From positions 96,001 to 160,000 of the IMG/VR virus record IMGVR_UViG_3300019776_000961: a stretch of DNA of 64,000 bases; one strand, 5' to 3'. The notes under the pieces were generated by a model, which ran no database searches, was not told the origin of the DNA, and worked only from the letters and a program-made list of their open reading frames with translations. How positions within the stretch are numbered: position 1 is the first letter of the stretch; every line of letters starts with the position of its first letter. This DNA comes from a virus. This document shows positions 18,123-27,742 of the stretch, piece by piece. A program made the position numbers and the translations under genes.

Positions 18123-18483
18123 GATTATTTAATCTTTTTGACATATAGCGGTTACGCCCATGGTAATTGCTATCATTACTAACACCATGAGTAATTAGAT
18201 AATCAATAATAACCTCAATACTAGAAGTACTAATGCAAAGATTTTTCTGCATATTGTAACCGCCGTCATTTAATTCAAAAACTACGTCCCCGAGAGCTTC
18301 CTTATTATTGTAACAAGTTATCATAACAGAACGTTCACTAGGATTAACCATAACAGTCCAACGACGTGAGTCTGCCTTGCCATAGACAGAGAATAGCTTT
18401 ATTACGATAAAGCCATTATCACGCAAGCGCTTTATAAAATAACTTGGTGTTTTAAGTTTATTACGGCTAATTTGTGTTTTCAT
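18094..18483 (-). CDS. Hypothetical protein
   Basis: 129-aa ORF directly downstream of the clamp gene. Confidence 0.65.
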   Translation of the reverse strand: MKTQISRNKLKTPSYFIKRLRDNGFIVIKLFSVYGKADSRRWTVMVNPSERSVMITCYNNKEALGDVVFELNDGGYNMQKNLCISTSSIEVIIDYLITHGVSNDSNYHGRNRYMSKRLNNHDEGQENSE

Positions 18484-18488
18484 ATAAA

Positions 18489-19223
18489 TTAATTTGCAAG
18501 AGCTGAAAGAATAAACCGCACATCAGCTTTACCGAGCTGCATATTTAAAATGATTACCCCCATCGAAGAAACTAGCTTTCCTTTTACGGTATTAAATTTC
18601 ATAGAAGAAATTATTCTAAATATTTCAAAGTTCAAGGGTATTGCATTGGTAAACTTATTACCGGTATAGGTTTCTGTTAACTTTAACCCATAAGAGTCAG
18701 TATTAGCTCTCGCTCTATCTGTCAACTCACCAAATAAACAATCATCTTTTATAGTGAGATAAATCTTATTTGCATCCGTAGCAATAGTACTACCTTTGAT
18801 AAGAGCAATTACTGCATTATGTGTGAAGCTAAATTCGCCATCAAATGTTAACTTATCAAGCTTAGCTAGGTTCAGCTTAGGTACAGAGATAATATTATCA
18901 TCGTAAAGATGGTATTTAAATCTTATTGTCTTTGATTCGTAGCTAATATTATTAGAAGATATATTAAGATCAAATGCTTTTTCCTCTATGCATTGAAGAA
19001 CTCTACATAATTTCTTTACATCAGGTATATTAAGCTTTGTCTCAGTATTGATTGCTTCATCAGTATAAACAGCTTCAACAATAACCGTGTTATCATTTGT
19101 AGCAATTAACGTTCTAATAGAACCTTTCTTTATTTCTAATACTACACTATCAACAACCTTACTTATAGGTGTTAAAAAGTTATTAAGTATATCATCCTTA
19201 TCTGTAATAGTTAAAGTCATCAC
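18489..19223 (-). CDS. gp45: Sliding clamp
   Basis: About 244 aa with a gp45-like pattern (FKYHLYDDNII, KIYL, GELTD); replication cluster context. Confidence 0.7.
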   Translation of the reverse strand: MMTLTITDKDDILNNFLTPISKVVDSVVLEIKKGSIRTLIATNDNTVIVEAVYTDEAINTETKLNIPDVKKLCRVLQCIEEKAFDLNISSNNISYESKTIRFKYHLYDDNIISVPKLNLAKLDKLTFDGEFSFTHNAVIALIKGSTIATDANKIYLTIKDDCLFGELTDRARANTDSYGLKLTETYTGNKFTNAIPLNFEIFRIISSMKFNTVKGKLVSSMGVIILNMQLGKADVRFILSALAN

Positions 19224-19227
19224 AATA

Positions 19228-19255
19228 ATGATATACTCATTACTCGCTTAAACAA
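19228..19255 (-). promoter_or_regulatory. Sigma70-like promoter TTGTTT-N16-TATCAT (clamp)
   Basis: Read directly; spacer counted. Confidence 0.55.
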
Positions 19256-19263
19256 GCGGTAAA

Positions 19264-19764
19264 TCAATCCTTTTTTTTAGTATGATTCAAAAATGAATCA
19301 ATCTTTTCCTCAAAGCGCTTAATGTCACTTTGAAGATCAGCGATTACAAGAAGTCTGTCTTCAATGCGCTTTAATGCATCAAATACTTCAACTGTATATG
19401 GACTCGAATTAAAATTAAATTCAAGTTGATCTTTATCAAGAGCTGGTTCAACCTGTACAGGTGCTTGCTGCTGTACTATAACAGGCTCGAGTAAAGGTAA
19501 AGCAGGTTGTGGTACAGGAATAGGTTGCAGCACATGTTGAACATGTGTCTCCTGTACAGTAGGTGCAGGCGTTACGTTATTAGGTAACGCCTGAGCAACT
19601 GACTTTAAAACGTTCTCAGGCCTGATAGTCATACCATTAAGAGTTTGATTTCTAGATACAAGATTACTCTCAAGCATCTTTAAATCACCTGTTAGGTGCT
19701 GACCCATGAATTGAAGCACAGCGAACTGTGCTTCTTCAGGTGTAGGCTCTCTAAACGTATCCAT
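19264..19764 (-). CDS. Hypothetical protein, Pro/Gln-rich centre
   Basis: 166-aa ORF between ssb and clamp. Confidence 0.6.
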   Translation of the reverse strand: MDTFREPTPEEAQFAVLQFMGQHLTGDLKMLESNLVSRNQTLNGMTIRPENVLKSVAQALPNNVTPAPTVQETHVQHVLQPIPVPQPALPLLEPVIVQQQAPVQVEPALDKDQLEFNFNSSPYTVEVFDALKRIEDRLLVIADLQSDIKRFEEKIDSFLNHTKKKD

Positions 19765-19766
19765 GT

Positions 19767-20636
19767 TTATTCGTCAAGACCAGCGAGCAAGTCTTCAATA
19801 GACTCATCAACCGTTGATTTAGGAGCAGGTTCTGCAGCCTTCTCCTGACGAGGTGCAGGGGCAGGAACTGCACTCTTTACTGCTGCGAGTACCGGATCTG
19901 CTGTCTCTGTCTCCTCTACATCCTTCTTGCAATGGTAGTGAGTATCGAGGATTTCTTTGATCTCATCGTAAGACTTACATGTTACATATGATTCGAGATC
20001 AAATGCACTATCAAGAACCTTATCATAATCATCCTCATCAAGGCCTTCAATCTCCTTAGGAAGAGCAAACTTAGATGAAACATAGGTTGGATAATCACCC
20101 TGCTTCTCAACCTTAATACGGAAGTTACAACCCTTAGGAGATAGATCAAAGATACGTGGGCCGAAATCTACTGACTCTTCACCTGTAATCGCATCGACGA
20201 TAATCTTGTGTAGCTGCTTACCATAACGTAGAATCTTTACGGTACCATTATTCTCAGGATTAACAGGATCATTGACTACGTAAACATTGGCAAGCCAATT
20301 CTCACGACGGATAAGAGCTGAGGCTTTTGCCTTCTCTTCTTCAGTTCCATTACGTCTGACACGATAGCTCTCCTCTGCAATAGGGTCGCGCTGATTCCAA
20401 GTAGCGGGGCTTACAACAGTGGTAAGCTGTCCGTTTGCATGACTATTCCAGGTATAGGAATAATAATGGAAAAACGTCTTATCGGGGTTCTTCTTAAAAG
20501 GAAGAAGACGTACGGTGTAGGTATTACCAGCAGCTGTACGGAGGTAGTCCTTAAATTTAGAAGACTGCGCCTCGTTCTGCTTGGTGAGTGCGGATTTGAT
20601 ACTTTCGAACATATTAGATGTGAATGCGGTTGTCAT
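19767..20636 (-). CDS. gp32: Single-stranded DNA binding protein
   Basis: VRLLP, ANVYVVNDPVNPENNGTVKILRYGKQL, FDLS.KGCNFRIK, YVSSKF, acidic C-tail IEDLLAGLDE. Confidence 0.92.
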   Translation of the reverse strand: MTTAFTSNMFESIKSALTKQNEAQSSKFKDYLRTAAGNTYTVRLLPFKKNPDKTFFHYYSYTWNSHANGQLTTVVSPATWNQRDPIAEESYRVRRNGTEEEKAKASALIRRENWLANVYVVNDPVNPENNGTVKILRYGKQLHKIIVDAITGEESVDFGPRIFDLSPKGCNFRIKVEKQGDYPTYVSSKFALPKEIEGLDEDDYDKVLDSAFDLESYVTCKSYDEIKEILDTHYHCKKDVEETETADPVLAAVKSAVPAPAPRQEKAAEPAPKSTVDESIEDLLAGLDE

Positions 20637-20664
20637 AATTAGTTATTTGTGATGTTATATTTTG

Positions 20665-21345
20665 CTAGGGTTGAATGCAAGTGTTTTGTTGTAATTTAGT
20701 TTGTATTTTTTGTAGACCTTGCGATACCAGTAAGGATGCTTTCTTAGAGGCAAATAGTTTTGTTCTCAAAGAATCTATCTGATTGTAGAGGTCATCTCCT
20801 ATTATAAAACGAATTGTTTCTAAATCAAGCTGAAAAGCTTCTTTTCCAAAAGATCTAAATCCGAAAAGAGTGTATATGTTGATATTATGCTCCTTAAGAT
20901 GAAGAAGGAAGGAAGGTGTGATACCTGTCATGTGTTCTAAATACTTGTCAAGGGTCAAATTATTCTCGCGACAAAACGAAAGTATAAACTGTAATGATGA
21001 CTGTATGTTTAGCAGCTGTTCATTACTATCAGGGTCGAGAGTAAGCAGCTTTTTTTGATATAATGTATAGGCTTTAACCGCTTTAAGAGAATTATAATAG
21101 CTGAGATCAAAATAATTTTCATCTGCATATAATGAATACGGTGCAATGAGGAATTCCTCAGGTTTTATGTGTTTAAACCGAGAAAAGAACAAAGACAGTT
21201 TTTTTAGCTGTAATAACTTTTCCGCATCTAAATTATTAAAATCCTTCCTATACTTGAAAGGTTGATTCAAGCGCTGACGAGATGTTCGTAAATGAATATT
21301 GTACAGATTCTTCTCAAAATCAGTCAATTCCTCAATATCTGGCAT
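20665..21345 (-). CDS. Possible helicase loader, gp59-like
   Basis: 226 aa directly upstream of gp32 as in T4; weak resemblance only (KKLS; LKEHNINIYTL). Confidence 0.4.
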   Translation of the reverse strand: MPDIEELTDFEKNLYNIHLRTSRQRLNQPFKYRKDFNNLDAEKLLQLKKLSLFFSRFKHIKPEEFLIAPYSLYADENYFDLSYYNSLKAVKAYTLYQKKLLTLDPDSNEQLLNIQSSLQFILSFCRENNLTLDKYLEHMTGITPSFLLHLKEHNINIYTLFGFRSFGKEAFQLDLETIRFIIGDDLYNQIDSLRTKLFASKKASLLVSQGLQKIQTKLQQNTCIQP

Positions 21346-21347
21346 TT

Positions 21348-21635
21348 TTAAATTATAATCTTCTTTTTTGAATTATTCAAGAACTTCATTACATATTTGC
21401 TCTTATAAAGGCTCGGATCATATTTTAAAAATGTCTGCACTACTGTGAAATCACTAGGAATATCACAGTATATTTTAAAAAACGAACGTAATTCTTTATT
21501 TTGTAGTAGAAGTAAAAAAATGTTGGCGATGTTGAGCTTTTTAGCACTCGTAAGGGTTGCAAAGGAGCAAAACGAAAGAAACAAATGGTTTAATTCATAC
21601 TCTTGAAGTGTATGATCTCTGTCTTCTATGTTCAT
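21348..21635 (-). CDS. Hypothetical protein (gp33 position)
   Basis: 95-aa ORF; position only, no motif recognised. Confidence 0.5.
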   Translation of the reverse strand: MNIEDRDHTLQEYELNHLFLSFCSFATLTSAKKLNIANIFLLLLQNKELRSFFKIYCDIPSDFTVVQTFLKYDPSLYKSKYVMKFLNNSKKKIII

Positions 21636-21680
21636 TAGTCTTACGACTAATTAATGCTAAATATAAAGAAGTCAACACCT

Positions 21681-23003
21681 TTACTGTGAGAGAGTTGAGA
21701 GCAGATTGGCAGACGATGAGCTTGCAGCTGTATCGTTGATATGCTCATCTTCAGTGATGGAAAGCGTAGAATAGTCGATTCTCATAAGACAATTACCAAA
21801 CGCAGCACCGAAGCGATTCTTCATTGCACCCATGCGAATAATTCCGAGCTCCCTATCTGTATCCTCTTGCCATATGCTCATAATGACGTCAGCAGTCTGT
21901 GCAAGACCGATGGATTCTGAGATAGTATTCATGCCTGGCTCAGAAACCGAGTAGCCTGATCGGTTGAGCTGTGTTGCTGTAATAACCGGGCAACTAAACT
22001 CGTAACTCAATGCTCGTAGCTGCTCTGTCGCGTGCTTGACTCTTTCGTAACTATTGGTGCCAATCGGTGAATTAAGCAGATTTACATAGTCTACCACAAT
22101 TGCATCGAATTTATGTCCGGCATTTTTTAATTTCTTAATATAAGATTTTAAGAAGAGAGGTGTTATAGTTGAGGGAGGAAATTCCTTAATCAGAATTTGT
22201 GCATTAGGGTTATCAGAATGGTATTCCTCAAGCTGATTCTTAAGAGTCAGTACTTCTGACTTGAGCTTACTGAGAGGAATTTTTGTAATGCTTGAACTCA
22301 GACGCTGAGCGTAAATTAACTCAGGCATTTCAAGAGACACAAGAAGCACACTCTTACCCTGATTAGCGATATTTGTGGCAATATTTCCTAAAAATATACT
22401 TTTTCCAATGTTTGTTTCGCCAGTAAAAATATACATTGCTCGACCACTCTCAAGAAAGCCTCCACCAATTTTTTCATCCAGCCAACTCCATCCTGTGGAG
22501 ATGTGCCTGTGTTCAGAATTAATACTTTCTACCAGTGGATCAACATCTTCGAACAGATTTAAGCCTGTTTCAGTAGTGAGTGAGATATTACATGCAGACT
22601 CAAACTTCTCTAGTACAACAGATGTGTTGACAGTGTTTTTGTTAATGTCATCTACAACTTCCATCATTGTATGGAAGATAGCTTTTTCCTTCAAAAACGT
22701 CTCGGTATTTGCAAAAAGCTCGTCATTATTGAATTTTTTATCTAAATCGGTAAAACTCTTAACAACAGTAGTAAAGGAGGCTTTAAGCTCTGCAGAGGTG
22801 AGGTGTGACTTTACCTCAGTAAGGGTTGGCACTGTACCACGTGCCTCAAAAAACTCCTTTATAATAAGAAAAACTGCTTTGATATCCTTATTTTTGAAGT
22901 ATATAGGCTTTATGTAATCAACGATTGACGATAGGTATGATTCATCGGTAATCGCTTTATACGCGATAATATTTTCAAAAAAATCTAAATCGAGCTTGGA
23001 CAT
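21681..23003 (-). CDS. gp41: Replicative DnaB-like helicase
   Basis: ISTGW, GETNIGKS, SLEMPE, IKEFPP, VDYVNLL, TATQLNRSG, SESIG, KNRFG. Confidence 0.95.
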   Translation of the reverse strand: MSKLDLDFFENIIAYKAITDESYLSSIVDYIKPIYFKNKDIKAVFLIIKEFFEARGTVPTLTEVKSHLTSAELKASFTTVVKSFTDLDKKFNNDELFANTETFLKEKAIFHTMMEVVDDINKNTVNTSVVLEKFESACNISLTTETGLNLFEDVDPLVESINSEHRHISTGWSWLDEKIGGGFLESGRAMYIFTGETNIGKSIFLGNIATNIANQGKSVLLVSLEMPELIYAQRLSSSITKIPLSKLKSEVLTLKNQLEEYHSDNPNAQILIKEFPPSTITPLFLKSYIKKLKNAGHKFDAIVVDYVNLLNSPIGTNSYERVKHATEQLRALSYEFSCPVITATQLNRSGYSVSEPGMNTISESIGLAQTADVIMSIWQEDTDRELGIIRMGAMKNRFGAAFGNCLMRIDYSTLSITEDEHINDTAASSSSANLLSTLSQ

Positions 23004-23013
23004 TTATTAACCG

Positions 23014-23041
23014 AGTATACTAGCAAAAATTCTTATTTCAA
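23014..23041 (-). promoter_or_regulatory. Sigma70-like promoter TTGAAA-N16-TATACT (helicase)
   Basis: Read directly; spacer counted. Confidence 0.7.
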
Positions 23042-23718
23042 TAGGTTTTATACTCATTTAGAAAAATACTCTGACTTTCGAGAAATGATGTATCATCAAA
23101 TGATTTTAACCCTGGAGATCTATGATTAATATGAATGTTTGCAACGCCAAGCTTAAGCTTAAGTTTGTTAGCATCCAGGCAACTTGCAATATCATAGTGG
23201 TGGAATTTGTAATTTTCGTTAAATTTCCATCCCGTCCGTCTCACGCTTTCCATTTTTACAGAAAGTAAAACACCATCGAGAATCGCTACACGAGCAGGCG
23301 CATAACCGAAATTTGTTATTGCAGTCAAGGTGTCATTTAAGTAGTGACCTGCTGCACCTCTTAGGTTTGGACCAAAACCTCCACACATAATATGCCAAAG
23401 TGCAGGAGCTTTAATGATAGGATTCAATCCACCTGCTACTCCGACAATGTCATATGTATTATGCGCTTCAATAAGCTTGGGTATAAATAGACCATCATCA
23501 ATAGAAACATCATCATGCACAAAAACCATAATGTCAGATTCAGTATTCTCGCTCATAGCCTTATTATAGCATGTTGAAAGACCGTCCTTGTTTGATGTAA
23601 AGACGCGAACGTAATCGGGTATTACCTTTACGTACTCTTTAATAGTGTTTAAGCTCTTAACGAGTAATGTATTTTCGGCTGTTTCTTCCTGTGAACAAGA
23701 GATGATTGCAATTTTCAT
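23038..23718 (-). CDS. GT-A (GT2-like) glycosyltransferase
   Basis: GLSTCYNK, FVHDDV DxD motif, LDGVLL, FHHYDIASCL; ATGA-coupled to the amidotransferase. Confidence 0.8.
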   Translation of the reverse strand: MKIAIISCSQEETAENTLLVKSLNTIKEYVKVIPDYVRVFTSNKDGLSTCYNKAMSENTESDIMVFVHDDVSIDDGLFIPKLIEAHNTYDIVGVAGGLNPIIKAPALWHIMCGGFGPNLRGAAGHYLNDTLTAITNFGYAPARVAILDGVLLSVKMESVRRTGWKFNENYKFHHYDIASCLDANKLKLKLGVANIHINHRSPGLKSFDDTSFLESQSIFLNEYKTY

Positions 23719-24410
23719 AGTGTAAAGAACGGAGAGTTAACAGCGAAATATCCGACTGTTGTTAGACCTTCGCTTGTAATTAGATAAAGGGAGCCCTCTT
23801 CAAGAGGGGTAAATTTCTTGTATTGAAGAGATGAAAAATTGTTAGTAAGAAAATCAGCATAAAGCGTGCTGCCTGATCTAGCAAGATAGATATGACCAGT
23901 TGGCTTGTGAAATATCCAAAGACCAAATGTACCTTTTAATTTAGAAAGAGCCCCTGTTATAACATCAATTTCTTCATTACCTTCATTTGATAATTGATTC
24001 AAAAGTGCTGGTATAACTGAACTATCAACTTCATTAAATGACTGCTTATTGGGTAGACTTTTCTGTATTTCTAAGTAATTTGTCAATACACCGTTATGTG
24101 CTACAATCCAATCACCATATGAAAATGGATGTGATGTAGAGGGGTCAAACTCGCGTACACTACTCGTCGGGGCTTGAGTATGTCCGAGAAAGAATTTAAT
24201 ATCATCTATACCAATCTCACACTCATCACTGGTAAAAGATTCGTTTTTGTTTAAAACAATTTCACCCGACGATCTTATTGTTATTAAATTTTTAGCTACC
24301 TTAGGATCGCATACATAAAGTGAACCGTAAGCAAAATTTCCTCTTTGCTTACATTCATCATATAGCTTCTTATACGTACCAAATTCACTGGACCCAAATA
24401 TTGCGCACAT
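23715..24410 (-). CDS. Class-II (Ntn) glutamine amidotransferase, stand-alone
   Basis: Cys2 N-terminus (MCAIFG), GHTQAPT, SHPF, AHNGVLTN, VDSSVI. Confidence 0.88.
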   Translation of the reverse strand: MCAIFGSSEFGTYKKLYDECKQRGNFAYGSLYVCDPKVAKNLITIRSSGEIVLNKNESFTSDECEIGIDDIKFFLGHTQAPTSSVREFDPSTSHPFSYGDWIVAHNGVLTNYLEIQKSLPNKQSFNEVDSSVIPALLNQLSNEGNEEIDVITGALSKLKGTFGLWIFHKPTGHIYLARSGSTLYADFLTNNFSSLQYKKFTPLEEGSLYLITSEGLTTVGYFAVNSPFFTL

Positions 24411-24464
24411 TTTATTATACTCTCCTCTGATATATTATACTAAGAGAATAAATAATTCAAGCAT

Positions 24465-25385
24465 ATGAATCGTGATATCCACCTTATTTTTGAAGCATAC
24501 CGCCAGAAGCGCATAGATGAAATGGCTCTTCGTGTAAAAGGCGAGGGAGACCCAGTACAGGCATTAGTAGCTGCCATCAAGCAAGGTCTAGAAGAGAGAG
24601 GTAAGAACAACGATACATATCTCTTTAAAGGACTCACAGGTGAGGCATTAGACAAGCGCATAAGTGAGCTCGTTGTACCTATCATTAATGATCTATTCCC
24701 AAATGGGACATATGAAGGTAAAGGTATAGAAAAAGATTTAGTAAAACTTGAGCGTGATATCATGGAAAAACTTGCTGCAAGTAATCCAAGAGCAAAATCA
24801 CAATATACAGCAAGAATTCTTAGAAGTTTTATTGCAGCGGTTGTAGATGAAGTGGAGAGCAATGTAGAGAGCGGTGAAACAATTGAAGCAGCTGCAGATG
24901 ATATCGCTGATGCGGTATCTGATGCTACAGATAAATCAGAAGAAGTAGCGCAAACAGCTCCTTCAGGTGAAGCAGCGCCAGCGAGTGATGCAGGTGCAGC
25001 TACAAGTGGTGATAAGCTTACAGTAAGAATAGAGCAGTTGCTAGCTAACGGTGTTGACGATAGTGGTATTTTAACAAAGTATCTCGTTGATGACGTTGTT
25101 CAAGAAATTCGTGACAGTGGAGGTCTTGGTCTCAAGGAAGGTGAAGATAAGAGAAAAGTGGAAATTGTTCTCAAGGATCTTGTTAATAAGCAAATTTTTG
25201 AAAAGAAGGGTGATTACGTAAAGCTCGGTAAAAACTTTGAAAAGTTTGAAGCTGGTGGTAGTGATTCCTCCACTCTTTCAGATGAAGATGTAATAAGGCA
25301 TTATACTGGTCTCGGTACAGCAAACAAGACAAGCAGACAGGCCTGGGGCGGTGAAGGTAGTGCGATGAGTAGCTACTTCGGTTAA
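24465..25385 (+). CDS. Hypothetical acidic late protein on the opposite strand
   Basis: 306 aa, ATAAATA upstream, MNRDIHLIFEAY N-terminus. Confidence 0.7.
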   Translation: MNRDIHLIFEAYRQKRIDEMALRVKGEGDPVQALVAAIKQGLEERGKNNDTYLFKGLTGEALDKRISELVVPIINDLFPNGTYEGKGIEKDLVKLERDIMEKLAASNPRAKSQYTARILRSFIAAVVDEVESNVESGETIEAAADDIADAVSDATDKSEEVAQTAPSGEAAPASDAGAATSGDKLTVRIEQLLANGVDDSGILTKYLVDDVVQEIRDSGGLGLKEGEDKRKVEIVLKDLVNKQIFEKKGDYVKLGKNFEKFEAGGSDSSTLSDEDVIRHYTGLGTANKTSRQAWGGEGSAMSSYFG

Positions 25386-26101
25386 ACCTTACCAAGTAAG
25401 TGATCCCAGGGAATCGCTCTTGAATATTTGACAGGATCCTCTATACCTGCATCGATAAATCCTTTTAGTCTCAATGCACAAGCAGTGCATTCGCCACATG
25501 CTTCCTCTTTTCCTTCGTAGCATGTCCACGTCCTACTGAAGTCAACACCAAGAGATTGACCAAGTTCAATAATCTCTTTCTTTGATTTATCAATGAGAGG
25601 TGCTTCAACTGTAATCTTATTGCGACGGTTCAGAGATGTAACTTTGTTAATTACATCCATAAACTCCGGTGAACCGTCCCAGAACCCAGCTACGCTATCT
25701 GCTTGTGCAGCTCCATGATACACAGTATTAGCGCCAACACTTTCAGCAAATGAACATGCAATACTAAGTAGCATCATATTCCTAAACGGAACATAATTAA
25801 CTGTTTGTGGGTCACCCATTACATCTTTTGCCTTCGCAACATCGATATTTCTATCAAGAAGAGCTGAATTCTTTATAAGACTAAAGAATGGTAACTGCAT
25901 GGTTGTATTAAAACAAACATTTTGCTCATCTTCTTTTTCTCTTATAGAGTTAATTTGATATTCAGCACATTCAAGTTCTTTAATATGTCTTTGACCGTAA
26001 TCAAAAGATAATGCATACACATCCTTAAACTTCGATGCTGCAAGGTGAAGCAGAACGGTAGAGTCCATTCCACCTGAGATCGGTACAACTACTTTACTCA
26101 T
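25382..26101 (-). CDS. queC: 7-cyano-7-deazaguanine synthase
   Basis: SGGMDS, FDYGQRH..EL, YVPFRN, TWTCY...CGECTAC..R. Confidence 0.96.
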   Translation of the reverse strand: MSKVVVPISGGMDSTVLLHLAASKFKDVYALSFDYGQRHIKELECAEYQINSIREKEDEQNVCFNTTMQLPFFSLIKNSALLDRNIDVAKAKDVMGDPQTVNYVPFRNMMLLSIACSFAESVGANTVYHGAAQADSVAGFWDGSPEFMDVINKVTSLNRRNKITVEAPLIDKSKKEIIELGQSLGVDFSRTWTCYEGKEEACGECTACALRLKGFIDAGIEDPVKYSRAIPWDHLLGKV

Positions 26102-27230
26102 TTGTAGTTAATTCTTCAAGCTCATCCTGCTCAGTAACCTGTTGATTACTCGCGTATTTGTAATCATTTTCAAGATGCTTATCGATCTCTGGTATCAGGA
26201 AATCTTCAAAGAATGAAAGATCTTTTACGAAGTTCTTTGCATAACCGAGCTTATCACCTTTCTTATATTTGCCGCTATCAATACCTACTACATAGGTGGA
26301 TCCGGTTTGTTCGATAATACCGCGTGCAGTTGCCATTTGTAGAAGACCGCTGTATTTGTTTAGGCCTGACTTAAATGATAGATACATCTCTGCTTCGAGG
26401 AAAGGTGGTACAAAGCGATTCTTAACAGTAAGAGCTCTAATAGTAGTACCAGAGTATTTGTTAGCCTCAGCAAGCTTAGATGTATCTACAGCACCTGCAT
26501 CACCCTCGCCTTCCTTTTCATTCCTCTTTGCAAGCTGAACGAGAATACTTGCCATATAAACAGGTCCTGATCCACCTGATTGTGTCTTAACAAGAGATGG
26601 GAACATTGCTCCTGGATCTGCGTATGTGTGATTGGTGAATATAATAGTAACACCAGCCTTACCTGCCTTATATGTAAGAGTACGCAGCATCGACTTAAGA
26701 GACTTAGCTCTTAATCCCATATCAGCTGCAGACTTATCTTTTGCAATATCATCGATTTCCTTCTGTGAAGAAAGGTTACCAAGACTATCAATACTAATAA
26801 TGAACTTACCGTTTTGTTTCGACTCTATTACACTATCAAGAAATGCGGATATTTGATTACGACATTGATCTACAGTATAGACAGGTACATACTTTGTCTT
26901 GCTTGCATCGAGACCAACGCCTTTTGTTGAGCTCTCATCAATAGCGAACTCTGTATCAAAGATAACTGGATACACACCTTGCTTTTGAGCATTAGCAAGA
27001 ATCTTATTAACAATAAACGTCTTACCTGTCATAGACTCTCCTGAGAATCCTACAATACGCCCTTTAGGAATCCCACCCTTACGGCAGCTGCCGCCGAGAA
27101 TTGCATTAAGTGCATAACAACCTGTATCGTACCAGGTATCAACATTAGATAGAGCGTTTTCATCTAGCATTGATGCTTCGCTATTCATTGCATCAAGCTT
27201 CTTAAAAATATTATCAATTTCTTTACTCAT
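26094..27230 (-). CDS. uvsX: RecA-like recombinase
   Basis: DTGCYALN, GESMTGKT, DTEFA, IDSLGNL, TNHTY, GGSG, KNRF. Confidence 0.93.
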   Translation of the reverse strand: MSKEIDNIFKKLDAMNSEASMLDENALSNVDTWYDTGCYALNAILGGSCRKGGIPKGRIVGFSGESMTGKTFIVNKILANAQKQGVYPVIFDTEFAIDESSTKGVGLDASKTKYVPVYTVDQCRNQISAFLDSVIESKQNGKFIISIDSLGNLSSQKEIDDIAKDKSAADMGLRAKSLKSMLRTLTYKAGKAGVTIIFTNHTYADPGAMFPSLVKTQSGGSGPVYMASILVQLAKRNEKEGEGDAGAVDTSKLAEANKYSGTTIRALTVKNRFVPPFLEAEMYLSFKSGLNKYSGLLQMATARGIIEQTGSTYVVGIDSGKYKKGDKLGYAKNFVKDLSFFEDFLIPEIDKHLENDYKYASNQQVTEQDELEELTTNE

Positions 27231-27238
27231 ATATAAAG

Positions 27239-27266
27239 AGTATACTACCTAGATTTTAATTATCAA
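27239..27266 (-). promoter_or_regulatory. Sigma70-like promoter TTGATA-N16-TATACT (uvsX-queC)
   Basis: Read directly; 8 nt to ATG. Confidence 0.7.
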
Positions 27267-27298
27267 TAAAAAAAAGCGGTGAATATATTCACCGCTTT
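27266..27298 (-). terminator. Rho-independent terminator
   Basis: aaagcggtgaat-at-attcaccgcttt inverted repeat with an A run on the + side (U tail on minus), after ORF 27330-27704. Confidence 0.85.
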
Positions 27299-27329
27299 AA
27301 AAAACGCAGATGTTTTTGTAATTTTTTTT

Positions 27330-27704
27330 CTACTCGTCAAAAAGCTTGACAACCTTTTGATCGTTAGCTGCAGCTGCTGGCTGAATTACAGAAGGCTCAG
27401 CAAAGAGCTTTGAGTACTGATCAACGAGTCGTTGATCGTTTTCAATATTAAGACCGACGACAACTGAGGCATAATGGAACTTCCACTTCGTACCCTCTGT
27501 CTTATTCTTCTCGCTAACAAAGTCACGGAAGTAAAGAGGTATAGTCTGAACGTTAAGCTGACCCTGCTGGGTAGGCTGTACGTGAATGATTGCTGGATTC
27601 TTAACGACAAAAGAAGCACCATTGTCTACGTCCTCAACGAACTCGGCAAGAAGGGTGCGACCAATGTGATCAACGAATGTAATGATGTTAGGTGTATCGC
27701 TCAT
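27330..27704 (-). CDS. Hypothetical protein
   Basis: 124-aa ORF with its own N16 promoter and a terminator. Confidence 0.7.
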   Translation of the reverse strand: MSDTPNIITFVDHIGRTLLAEFVEDVDNGASFVVKNPAIIHVQPTQQGQLNVQTIPLYFRDFVSEKNKTEGTKWKFHYASVVVGLNIENDQRLVDQYSKLFAEPSVIQPAAAANDQKVVKLFDE

Positions 27705-27713
27705 ATTTCTTAT

Positions 27714-27741
27714 ATATTACTATTATTTTTATAAAAATCAA
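27714..27741 (-). promoter_or_regulatory. Sigma70-like promoter TTGATT-N16-TAATAT
   Basis: Upstream of ORF 27330-27704. Confidence 0.55.
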
Positions 27742-27742
27742 C

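Noticed and set aside
20654-20680. N16-class promoter for gp32
   Set aside because: The best match, TTGCAT-N15-TATAAC, has a 15-bp spacer, so it was not counted in the N16 set.
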